64,000 nt of DNA from Sumerlaeia bacterium. GTDB taxonomy: Bacteria > Sumerlaeota > Sumerlaeia > SLMS01 > JAHLLQ01. A program made the translations under genes and the position numbers. Below the pieces are notes generated by a model, which worked only from the letters and a program-made list of their open reading frames with translations, ran no database searches and was not told the origin of the DNA. Of the stretch, positions 56,364 through 64,000 are shown piece after piece (position 1 is the stretch's first letter; every line of letters starts with the position of its first letter). Location of the stretch: positions 64,001 through 128,000 of the forward strand of contig JAVJSW010000046.1 of NCBI GenBank assembly GCA_040219255.1. The letters are read 5' to 3'.

Positions 56364-58208
56364 CTACCCTTTGTTCCCGAGCCGCCGGTCCAGATCGAAC
56401 GCCGCGCTGATCAGCCCGAGGTGCGTGAAGGCTTGCGGGAAGTTCCCAAGGTGCTCGCCGCTCCGGCCCAACTCCTCCGCATACAGCCCCAGGTGGTTCG
56501 CATACCCCTGCATTTTCTCAAAGTAGAAGCGCGCTTTTTCCACGTCGCCGGCCCGCGAGAGGCATTCCACGAACCAGAAGCTGCACATGGAAAACGTCCC
56601 TTCCGTCCCGTGCAGCCCGTCCGGGCTGTGCAGGTTGTGGTAACGATACACCAGCGAATCGTCCACCAACTGCTTTTCGACCGCCTTCATGTGCGAAAGC
56701 CACCGCGGATCCTTGGGGCTGATGAACTTGATCAGTGGCATCAGGAGCGAGGCGGCGTCCAGCGCGTCCGAGCCTTCGAACTGCATGAAGGCCCCCACCT
56801 GTGGGTTCCAGAACTTCTCGAACACATCGAAGTACATGCGGTCGCGGGCCTTCATCCATCGGTCCATCGGTGCCGGCAGCGAGCGTTTCAGCGCCAGCCG
56901 AATCCCGCGATCCACCGCCACCCAGCACATCACGCGCGAGAACAGGAACTTCTGCCGTCCGCCACGCACTTCCCAGATGCCCTCGTCCGGCTGATCGTAA
57001 TTCTCGCAAACCCAATCGATCAGCTTCCTCAGGTTCATCCACAGATCGTATGAGATCGGCTCGGCGAACTTGTCGTACATATAGACCGAATCCATCAGCT
57101 CGCCATAGATGTCGAGCTGGAGCTGATCGTAGGCCCCGTTGCCGACCCGCACCGGCCGCGAGCCCCGATAGCCTTCCAGGTGCGACAGGTCCTCCTCCTT
57201 CAAATCATGGCGGCCGTCGATGCCGTACATGATGTTGAGCGACCGGCCATCGGCCAGCTCGCGGCAGCGGGCCTCCATCCACCCCATAAAGTTCTCCGCT
57301 TCCTTTGTGTAACCCAGGCGGATCAGAGCGTAGAGCGTGAACGACGCGTCGCGAATCCAAGTGTAGCGGTAGTCCCAATTGCGCGATCCGCCGATTTCCT
57401 CCGGCAGCCCGAAAGTCGGCGCCGCCACGATGGAGCCGTGGGGCTCGGAGACCAGCAGCTTCAGCGTCAGCGCCGAGCGCTCCATCATGTCGTGCCAGCG
57501 GCCCGAGTACTTCATGCGCGACAGCCACGATCGCCAATAGTTCACCGTTTGCTTGAAGGAACTGGAGACAAAATCCTCCGAGGTGGAGGGCGAGTCGGCG
57601 CATTCGTCGCCGAGCGCTTCCATTACGAAGGCGACGTTTTCTCCGGCGCAGAGGCGGAATTCGGCACACGCCGCGCCCTCCTTCAAAGTGATAGGAACCC
57701 CGTCCTCGCAGCCGGAAAAGATCCTCAGGCGCAACGCGGTGCGGTCCGGCCCGCGCGAGAGGAAGTGGAACTCGCTGTCCGAAATCTGGCGAATCTCATG
57801 ATCCGCCCGGGCGTAATCGAACCGCGGCGCGAAGACCATCCGGAACACGATTTCTCCCCGCACGCACTTCGCCCGCCGCACCAGATCGTTTTTCGGACAG
57901 GTCTCGGTGATCGGCATGAAGTCGGAAACCTCGCCCACCCCATCGTGCGACAGAAACCGCGTCAGCAGGATGTTGGATTCCGGCAAGTAGATTTGCTTAT
58001 GATTCGCATCGTTCAGCAGTGGCGCCACAAGAAACCGCCCGCCCTTTTTTCGGTCCAGCAGCGACGCGAAAATCGTCGGCGAATCGAATCGGGGGAAGCA
58101 CATGAAGTCGATGGAGCCATCCATTCCCACTAAAGCCACCGTGTTCAAATCGCCCACGACTCCGTAGTTCGCGATCGGCTGATAGTCCTCTTGAATCGGC
58201 AGGGGCAT
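56364..58208 (-). CDS. Glycoside hydrolase family 15 (trehalase/glucoamylase-like)
   Basis: C.PRFDSP.IF..LLD, AAPTFGLPEEIGGSRNWDYRYTWIRDA, QLDIYGE, DEGIWEVRG, EGTFSMCSFW, LGNFPQAFTH. Confidence 0.93.
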   Translation of the reverse strand: MPLPIQEDYQPIANYGVVGDLNTVALVGMDGSIDFMCFPRFDSPTIFASLLDRKKGGRFLVAPLLNDANHKQIYLPESNILLTRFLSHDGVGEVSDFMPITETCPKNDLVRRAKCVRGEIVFRMVFAPRFDYARADHEIRQISDSEFHFLSRGPDRTALRLRIFSGCEDGVPITLKEGAACAEFRLCAGENVAFVMEALGDECADSPSTSEDFVSSSFKQTVNYWRSWLSRMKYSGRWHDMMERSALTLKLLVSEPHGSIVAAPTFGLPEEIGGSRNWDYRYTWIRDASFTLYALIRLGYTKEAENFMGWMEARCRELADGRSLNIMYGIDGRHDLKEEDLSHLEGYRGSRPVRVGNGAYDQLQLDIYGELMDSVYMYDKFAEPISYDLWMNLRKLIDWVCENYDQPDEGIWEVRGGRQKFLFSRVMCWVAVDRGIRLALKRSLPAPMDRWMKARDRMYFDVFEKFWNPQVGAFMQFEGSDALDAASLLMPLIKFISPKDPRWLSHMKAVEKQLVDDSLVYRYHNLHSPDGLHGTEGTFSMCSFWFVECLSRAGDVEKARFYFEKMQGYANHLGLYAEELGRSGEHLGNFPQAFTHLGLISAAFDLDRRLGNKG

Positions 58209-58282
58209 AAAGGCGTCCTCTCCTGGGGGGCCGTGAGTCGATCGTTCAGGTCAGCCAATTGAAACGAAAAGGATGCCTGAGT

Positions 58283-60424
58283 CTATTCAGCCTGCCGGTC
58301 CACCGCCGCTAGGTCCACCACAAAGACCCCATCGCGCGGCCGGAAAACCACCCCCGTCAGGAGTCGCTCGACCAGCGCCCGGTATCGCGGCCAGAGGGCG
58401 TCGGGGAATCGGGGCTTGAAGAACATGTCCTCGTAGAGGGCCAGCTCCGCGTAATTGATCAGCACGTATCGGATGCCGCGCTTTCGCCAGTTTTCCAGCA
58501 GCGCCGCGTTCGAATCCGCCGCCTCCAACTCGACCAGGATACGGGGCCGGTCGAACCAGTCGGACAGGATCACCGGATAATCCGCGTAAAGGCCCCGATG
58601 CTCGCCGATATAAAAAACCTTCTCGCCCGGCTCCACTTCCGCGTTCAGCCATTGCACTGCGGTGTAGGCGTTGAAGCGGCTTGCCAGCACCGTTTCCTCG
58701 CCGATCAGCCCCAGTCCCGCCGCCACCGGCCGCGATGGCGCCCGGAACAGCGTGTAGGCGCCATGCCAGGCCATTCCTCCGATCGCCAGCGCCACCACCG
58801 ATCCCGCCGCCGTCCGGCGAAGCCAGCGGCCCGTGGGCTGCACCGCGAATCCCAGCGCCGCCACCCCCAGCACCGCCACCAGCGCCAGCGGCAGCATGCC
58901 GAAACGCACGCTCTGATACGTCAGGAACCAGAACGCCCAGCTTCCGAACAATAAAAGCCCAAGCATCAGCGCCAGCACCCTCCTCTCGCGACCCCGGCCC
59001 TTGGCGAGCAGCGCCAGCGCGAAGAGCGCCGCCGGCAGCAGCGCCAGCAGCACCGGCCCCGGATTGTGGGCCTCGAACGCCACCCAGTTCCACGACGCCT
59101 CGAACGGCGCCCGGATCAGATCGCCCGGCAACCCATGTCCTACGCCCTTGTCGGCGAGGCGCCCCTTGTAGAAGGCGTCCGTCGCCGCATCCCACTCCGG
59201 TCCCCCGAACAATCCGTAACCCGCCGGATAGACTGGGTTGCGATGATAAATCCAGTTCCGCACAAACCAGGACATCGGTACCAAAGCCGCCGGCAACGAA
59301 AACCGCACCGCGTCCAACAAGACCGTCTTCCAGTTCCAACCACTCCCCTTCCCCCGCTCCCAAGCCTGGACGTGGCTGGCCGCACGTTGCACGCCCCCCA
59401 CCACGACGATCGTCCCCAGCATGCCTCCGGTGACTACCGCCGTCAGCTTTGTCCCGACCGCCGCCCCGGCGAACAGGCCCGCCAGTATGACCCGGTCGCG
59501 GCGGCACCGCAGGCTGCCGGGCGCCAACGCCCAGACCGCCGCAAGCGTGAACGCCAGCGTACTCAGGTCCACGAACGGCCACGCCGCCAGCACCAGCACC
59601 ACCGGCGCCGAAACCGCCATCACACCCGCCAGTGCGGGCCACGGCCCGGCTTCCAGCGGACCTTCCGCGCGCCGCTGTCCGGCCCACAGTTGCCTCAGCA
59701 CCACCCGTCCCAGCGCCGCGCAGAGCACCGCCACCACCGGCAGGTAACTCCAGTGCAGCAGTTGACTCGCCCGCGCTCCGCCCAGCGGCATTGCCGTCAT
59801 GTACAGCATGTTTGTCTGGAACGGCAAATTCGTGAAGGAGTTGTAGGGGAGCGCCGCCAGCGAACCCTGCTTCAGGAACTCCTGGATGCCGAAGAGGTGG
59901 TAGCGCAGCCCATCGCTCTCGACCGCCGGAGCGAGTGCCGCGATGAACGCGATCGTCACGGATGGCACCGCCAGCCACCACGGCCAGCGCGCCCCCGGCC
60001 GCGCCGCGCCGCTTTCCGATTTCCAGTACCTCCAGAGCCCCGGCGCGAAGACCGCTCCGCCCAGCACCACCAGCAACCCCCACGGCAGCAGCCCCACCGC
60101 CCCCGCCGCGAACGCCAGAAGCGCCACCGCCACGTGGCCCGTCAGCAGGCAAACGGCCAAGCCCTTCGCCCGGCCCAGGCCCCGCAGATCGAGCCCCCAT
60201 CCCGCCAACCCATGGCCCCAGCAAACCGCCAGGGCCGAGAGCAAACCCGCCGCCAAGACCGCCCGGGCCTGTGCCACCGGCACTTCCGGTTCGTACACCG
60301 GCAGGAACGGGCCGAGGTTTCGCCAGGGCATGTCCCAGCCCTCCGCCAGCCACATCAGGCAGCCCGCCGCCGCGGCCGCCAGCAATAAACCCGGCGGCAC
60401 CCACCGCCCAGCATCAGTTCTCAA
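58283..60424 (-). CDS. Polytopic membrane protein, GT-C (lipid-carrier-dependent glycosyltransferase)-like
   Basis: Many TM segments; DGLRYHL, WPFVDL, GTKLT, WFVRNW...NPVYP; TTG 60424 with AAGGAG upstream. Confidence 0.65.
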   Translation of the reverse strand: MRTDAGRWVPPGLLLAAAAAGCLMWLAEGWDMPWRNLGPFLPVYEPEVPVAQARAVLAAGLLSALAVCWGHGLAGWGLDLRGLGRAKGLAVCLLTGHVAVALLAFAAGAVGLLPWGLLVVLGGAVFAPGLWRYWKSESGAARPGARWPWWLAVPSVTIAFIAALAPAVESDGLRYHLFGIQEFLKQGSLAALPYNSFTNLPFQTNMLYMTAMPLGGARASQLLHWSYLPVVAVLCAALGRVVLRQLWAGQRRAEGPLEAGPWPALAGVMAVSAPVVLVLAAWPFVDLSTLAFTLAAVWALAPGSLRCRRDRVILAGLFAGAAVGTKLTAVVTGGMLGTIVVVGGVQRAASHVQAWERGKGSGWNWKTVLLDAVRFSLPAALVPMSWFVRNWIYHRNPVYPAGYGLFGGPEWDAATDAFYKGRLADKGVGHGLPGDLIRAPFEASWNWVAFEAHNPGPVLLALLPAALFALALLAKGRGRERRVLALMLGLLLFGSWAFWFLTYQSVRFGMLPLALVAVLGVAALGFAVQPTGRWLRRTAAGSVVALAIGGMAWHGAYTLFRAPSRPVAAGLGLIGEETVLASRFNAYTAVQWLNAEVEPGEKVFYIGEHRGLYADYPVILSDWFDRPRILVELEAADSNAALLENWRKRGIRYVLINYAELALYEDMFFKPRFPDALWPRYRALVERLLTGVVFRPRDGVFVVDLAAVDRQAE

Positions 60425-60556
60425 CGCGGTTCGCTCCTTACAAAAGGTTTCCGCAACGAAACGGCGGGATTGGAGTTGCGACGCCCGGCATGCCACGCGA
60501 TAACTCGCCATGGACTGTTTCGCGGATCGCGAAGCCGACAACCGGACCAGGAACTC

Positions 60557-62119
60557 GTGCTCAATTCCCTTCCCGCCAGCCTACATTCCGCGACCCCTCA
60601 GTCAGGCGCAACGACGGACCTGTCGTTTGCGCCGCTCTTCCTTTTGGGCCAATCCACACTGACTCAGTTCTCCTCCGTCTTCGTTACCATCCTTCTCCTC
60701 GCGCTCGCCTGGTCATTCGCATATAACGTCAAGCTGAAGCGACGCCTCTGGTTCGCCAACTACCTGATCCAGAACCGCGATCGCGAACGCCAGACCGTCT
60801 TCACTTTTCTCAACGAACTCGGCGAACGCATCACCCGGCGCTTCGACATCGACGAAACCCTGGAACTCGTCGTCGATTTCTGCATGAACGCCACCCGGGC
60901 CGACGCCGGCGCGATCTTTATCCGCGATGACGACGACCCCGATCTGCTGCAAGCCCGCGTCGTTCAGGGTCTCTTTCCGCCGCTGCATGAGACCAAGCTG
61001 GACAAACTCGCTTCGAAGCGCCGCTTCCTGGTCGAGAAAATCAAGAAGGACAAACTCAAAATCGGCGAAGGCATCATCGGCTACGTCGCCAAAAACGCCG
61101 AAGCGATCCTGATTCCGGACGCCTCCTTGGACGCGCGCGTCCCCCAGAGCGCCGGGGAAATCGTCCCTCTGGAAGGCCTCATCCTCTCGCCCCTCGTCGT
61201 GCGCGGCACCGTTCTTGGCGTTCTCGTGCTGGTCAACAAGCGCGCCGAGGGCCAGACCTTCAACGAGTCCGATCGCGACCTGGTCACCGCCCTCGCCGAT
61301 CAGGCGGCGGTCATGCTCGAAACCGTGCGGCTCTACGAGGAACTCGCCAACAAGCAACGCATCGAGCAGGAACTCAAACTCGCCCACGACTTCCAGAAAC
61401 TCCTCCTGCCCCGCGAAGTCCCCAACTTCCCCTCCATCGCCATCGCCGGCTTCAGCCAGCCCGCCCTGGAAGTGGGCGGCGATTACTTCGATTTCATCCC
61501 GGTGGACGAGGGCCATGTGGGAATCGTCATCGCCGACGTCTCGGGCAAGGGCATGCCCGGCGCCCTGGTCATGGCCACCCTGCGAAGCACCATGCGCGCC
61601 GAGGCCCCAGGCGACCTCTCGCCCAAGGCCGTTCTCTCCCGCGTCAACGAACACATCCTCCGCGACACCAAGGAAAGCGTCTTCATCACCGTCACCTACG
61701 GAATCCTGGACCTCGAAACGGGAGCCTTCCGCTTCGTTCGCGCCGGCCACGAACCCGTCGTTTGCTGCGAACATTGCCTGGATGGGAAATCAGCGGAGTT
61801 GACGCTCCACTCGCCCAATGGCATTGTCGTCGGACTGGTGGGGGGAGACTCCTTCGGGATCACCGAAGAGCAGGAAATCGACCTCTCGCAGTGCGGACTG
61901 ACCGTCCTGTATACCGATGGAGCGACAGAGGCCATGAATTCCGACCGCGAAGAGTATGGCGAAGACCGCTTCCACGACGTCGTCCGCCAGAGCTCCATGG
62001 CGGCCCCGCAGGCTTTGATCGAACGAATCATGGACGACATTTCGGATTTCACTGGCGGAATCCCGCAACATGATGACATTACGCTTGTGGTGCTCAGGTG
62101 GAGGCGCCAGGATGGTTAA
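60557..62119 (+). CDS. Membrane-anchored GAF + SpoIIE/PP2C phosphatase (RsbU-like)
   Basis: One TM, GAF (GEGIIGYVA, PL...GVLVLVNK, F.ESD..L..LADQAA), EVGGDYFD, IADVSGKG, RAGH, YTDG..EA, DDITL; GTG 60557. Confidence 0.9.
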   Translation: MLNSLPASLHSATPQSGATTDLSFAPLFLLGQSTLTQFSSVFVTILLLALAWSFAYNVKLKRRLWFANYLIQNRDRERQTVFTFLNELGERITRRFDIDETLELVVDFCMNATRADAGAIFIRDDDDPDLLQARVVQGLFPPLHETKLDKLASKRRFLVEKIKKDKLKIGEGIIGYVAKNAEAILIPDASLDARVPQSAGEIVPLEGLILSPLVVRGTVLGVLVLVNKRAEGQTFNESDRDLVTALADQAAVMLETVRLYEELANKQRIEQELKLAHDFQKLLLPREVPNFPSIAIAGFSQPALEVGGDYFDFIPVDEGHVGIVIADVSGKGMPGALVMATLRSTMRAEAPGDLSPKAVLSRVNEHILRDTKESVFITVTYGILDLETGAFRFVRAGHEPVVCCEHCLDGKSAELTLHSPNGIVVGLVGGDSFGITEEQEIDLSQCGLTVLYTDGATEAMNSDREEYGEDRFHDVVRQSSMAAPQALIERIMDDISDFTGGIPQHDDITLVVLRWRRQDG

Positions 62120-62209
62120 GTGTCCTAGACTCCGCCCCAACCCGAGTGAATCATCCCTGAACCTCAGCGCCTCCCGGGGCGCTTCCGTAGAAAATCAAAG
62201 GAGACGGTT

Positions 62210-62581
62210 GTGAAGAACTACGACCTCACTATCCACCCCGCTGATTCCTCTCACAGCTTCCGTCGGGTCGATGTGATTGGCTGCCTCGACAGCCATACGG
62301 TGGTGGGATTTGAAAAATCCCTTCACAACCTGCTGGACGAAGGCGTCACACGCCTTCTCATCGACCTGTCCGAACTCAGCTACATCTCCTCCGCCGGCAT
62401 CAGTGCCCTCATGGGTCTGACTCATCGCCTTCGCAAGAACAACGGCGACCTGGTCCTTCTCAAACCCACGGAAAAAGTGCATCGCGTTTTCCGCACCCTC
62501 GGCTTCACCAACATCTTCAAAATCGTCGAAGACGAAAATGAAGTGGAAGCCTCCTTCACCGGAACCGGGTCCGAGTCCTGA
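62210..62581 (+). CDS. rsbV: STAS-domain anti-sigma factor antagonist (RsbV/SpoIIAA-like)
   Basis: G.LD, LIDLSELSYISSAGISALM, LGF..IF; AAAGGAG RBS. Confidence 0.88.
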   Translation: MKNYDLTIHPADSSHSFRRVDVIGCLDSHTVVGFEKSLHNLLDEGVTRLLIDLSELSYISSAGISALMGLTHRLRKNNGDLVLLKPTEKVHRVFRTLGFTNIFKIVEDENEVEASFTGTGSES

Positions 62582-62653
62582 CCCCACCCTCGCCGCGAAT
62601 TTTCGGCTCCTGCCGCCACGGTCCGCGTCCCCTTGATTTCCCTGATCGCCTCC

Positions 62654-63181
62654 ATGCACAACCTCGATCTGGAAATCCGTTCCACTATTGAGCCCCACGT
62701 CCTTGGCGTGCTCCGGGCCATGGTCACTTCTGTCTCCACCCAGGCCGGCTTCGACGAAGAAGCCGTCGCTCAGATCGAAATGGCCGTCGACGAAGCCTGC
62801 GCCAACGTCGTCCGCCATGCCTATAAGCACCTTGGCTATTCCTCCGACTTCGCTGGCGAGGAGCAATGTGACGCCGCACTGCCCCGCCTCTTCAATCCAC
62901 AAGACGAATCGGACGTTCACCTCACCTTGCAAATCTGCGTCGATGAAGAAGCGATCTGCTTCCGCATCATCGACTCCGGCGCCGGACTCGAAAGTCACAC
63001 CCACTCCCGCATGGGCGTCGAGAGCCTGGAAGAATACATCGAAAAGGGCGGCACCGGTGGCCTCGGCAGTCTCATCATCCGAAACTTTATGGACAAAGTG
63101 GAGTACGACACCGCTCCCAACGGCGGCACCATCCTCACGATGACCAAGTACCGCCAGCGGACCACCGCCTCCTCCACATGA
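62654..63181 (+). CDS. rsbW: Anti-sigma factor / Ser kinase (RsbW/SpoIIAB-like HATPase)
   Basis: IEMAVDEACANVVRHAY, IIDSG.G, GGLG..IIRNFMDKVEY, GT.L.M.K. Confidence 0.88.
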   Translation: MHNLDLEIRSTIEPHVLGVLRAMVTSVSTQAGFDEEAVAQIEMAVDEACANVVRHAYKHLGYSSDFAGEEQCDAALPRLFNPQDESDVHLTLQICVDEEAICFRIIDSGAGLESHTHSRMGVESLEEYIEKGGTGGLGSLIIRNFMDKVEYDTAPNGGTILTMTKYRQRTTASST

Positions 63182-64000
63182 CCGGAGAAAACCACCTCGC
63201 TCCGCACCGGGTCGAGCGCCTCATGGCGCAAATCCGTTGGATCACCCGCATCTCCGTCGCCCTCACGTCCACGGTCCATGTCGAGGACGTCTACTCCGTT
63301 CTCATCTCCGGCCTCATCTCGCCCCTCGGCATGGGCTTCTCCCACGTCAGCCTCTTCGAGATTGGCGCCATCGACCAGATCGCCACCGGCAAGTACTCCC
63401 TCGGCATCGACTCGCCCGAGGAAGCGGAAGAATTGCGCGCCGAACTCCTCGACGAAATGGACTTCATCGAGCGGCGCCGCGAGGAACTCTACTCCCGATC
63501 CCCCGATCCGGAAGTCGAGCAGGAGCTGCGCACCCTCGAACTCGGCGCCCAATGGGTCACCCTCTTCCAACGCCTGGGACCCGACAACCCCCGCACCCAA
63601 GAAATCTCGCGCCTCTCCTTCAGCATCGTCCCCGATCCCGGTTTGCCCCTCGACCTGTTTCAGCAGGCCTCCGTCAGCAAAGCCCCCTTCGCCCTCACCA
63701 AATCCAAGGACCTGGACCGAATCCCCGACGAACTGCTCGAGTTCCTTCCCGAACACTTCGCCATCGTTCCCCTCCGCACCAGCCAAGGGCTCCAAGCCCT
63801 TCTTATCGTGGACATGCGATGGAAAGACGAACCCATCGACGAGCAGGTCCTCGAAGCCTTCGACTGGTTCGGCACCCAGGGCGCGCTCGCCATCCAAAAC
63901 GCCCGCCTCATCGAAGACCTCGAAAAAGCCTACAACGAACTCAAAACCGTCGATCAGCTGAAATCCAATTTCCTCAGCATCGTCAGCCACGAACTGCGCA
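63178..64000 (+). CDS. GAF-domain sensor histidine kinase, 3'-truncated (not in the ORF track)
   Basis: Manual translation from ATG 63178 (ATGA overlap with rsbW): MTGENHLAPHRVERLMAQ...FAIVPL...ALAIQNARLIEDLEKAYNELKTVDQLKSNFLSIVSHELR, ending in the HisKA H-box. Confidence 0.88.
   Translation, partial: MTGENHLAPHRVERLMAQIRWITRISVALTSTVHVEDVYSVLISGLISPLGMGFSHVSLFEIGAIDQIATGKYSLGIDSPEEAEELRAELLDEMDFIERRREELYSRSPDPEVEQELRTLELGAQWVTLFQRLGPDNPRTQEISRLSFSIVPDPGLPLDLFQQASVSKAPFALTKSKDLDRIPDELLEFLPEHFAIVPLRTSQGLQALLIVDMRWKDEPIDEQVLEAFDWFGTQGALAIQNARLIEDLEKAYNELKTVDQLKSNFLSIVSHELR

Noticed and set aside
63278-63961. 227-aa Ser/Pro-rich ORF
   Set aside because: Off-frame of the real histidine kinase starting at 63178.
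1-64000. CRISPR array, tRNA/rRNA, IS or prophage
   Set aside because: No regularly spaced 25-40-nt repeats, cloverleaf or rRNA-like tracts, or transposase, integrase or phage ORFs were recognised by eye.

Overview
High-GC (roughly two-thirds by eye), diderm bacterial chromosome segment: it has an LptD-like barrel, an O-antigen ligase and a meso-DAP-type MurE. The gene content suggests a deep-branching lineage such as Ca. Sumerlaeota/BRC1 or a PVC neighbour, but this is inference only. About 45 CDS; no rRNA, tRNA, CRISPR or transposase seen. Left half: Trm112-methyltransferase fusion, TPR lipoprotein, GNAT, orphan addA, CPA2 antiporter-PTS EIIA fusion, three GT4 glycosyltransferases, ppc, metallophosphoesterase, DUF4139 + ABC ATPase, Uma2, uvrA, Cys-free lptD-like gene, O-antigen ligase, alkaline phosphatase and a Fur/Zur-box-preceded Zn/Mn ABC operon. 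Centre: dcw cluster mraZ-rsmH-ftsL-(~640 nt non-coding)-ftsI-murE-murF-mraY-murD-ftsW-murG-murC-murB-ftsQ-ftsA, with no ddl and no ftsZ. Where ftsZ normally lies, two convergent paralogous genes encode membrane-anchored Hanks-type pseudokinases (catalytic residues lost) with NTF2-like external domains; this is the best candidate for an undescribed system. Right end: GH15, GT-C membrane protein and an RsbU/V/W-type partner-switching module coupled to a truncated GAF histidine kinase. Non-coding signals: a dispersed short-period inverted-repeat family, MraZ boxes, and recurrent CCGTTCC/CCCGCTG motifs in dcw intergenic gaps.
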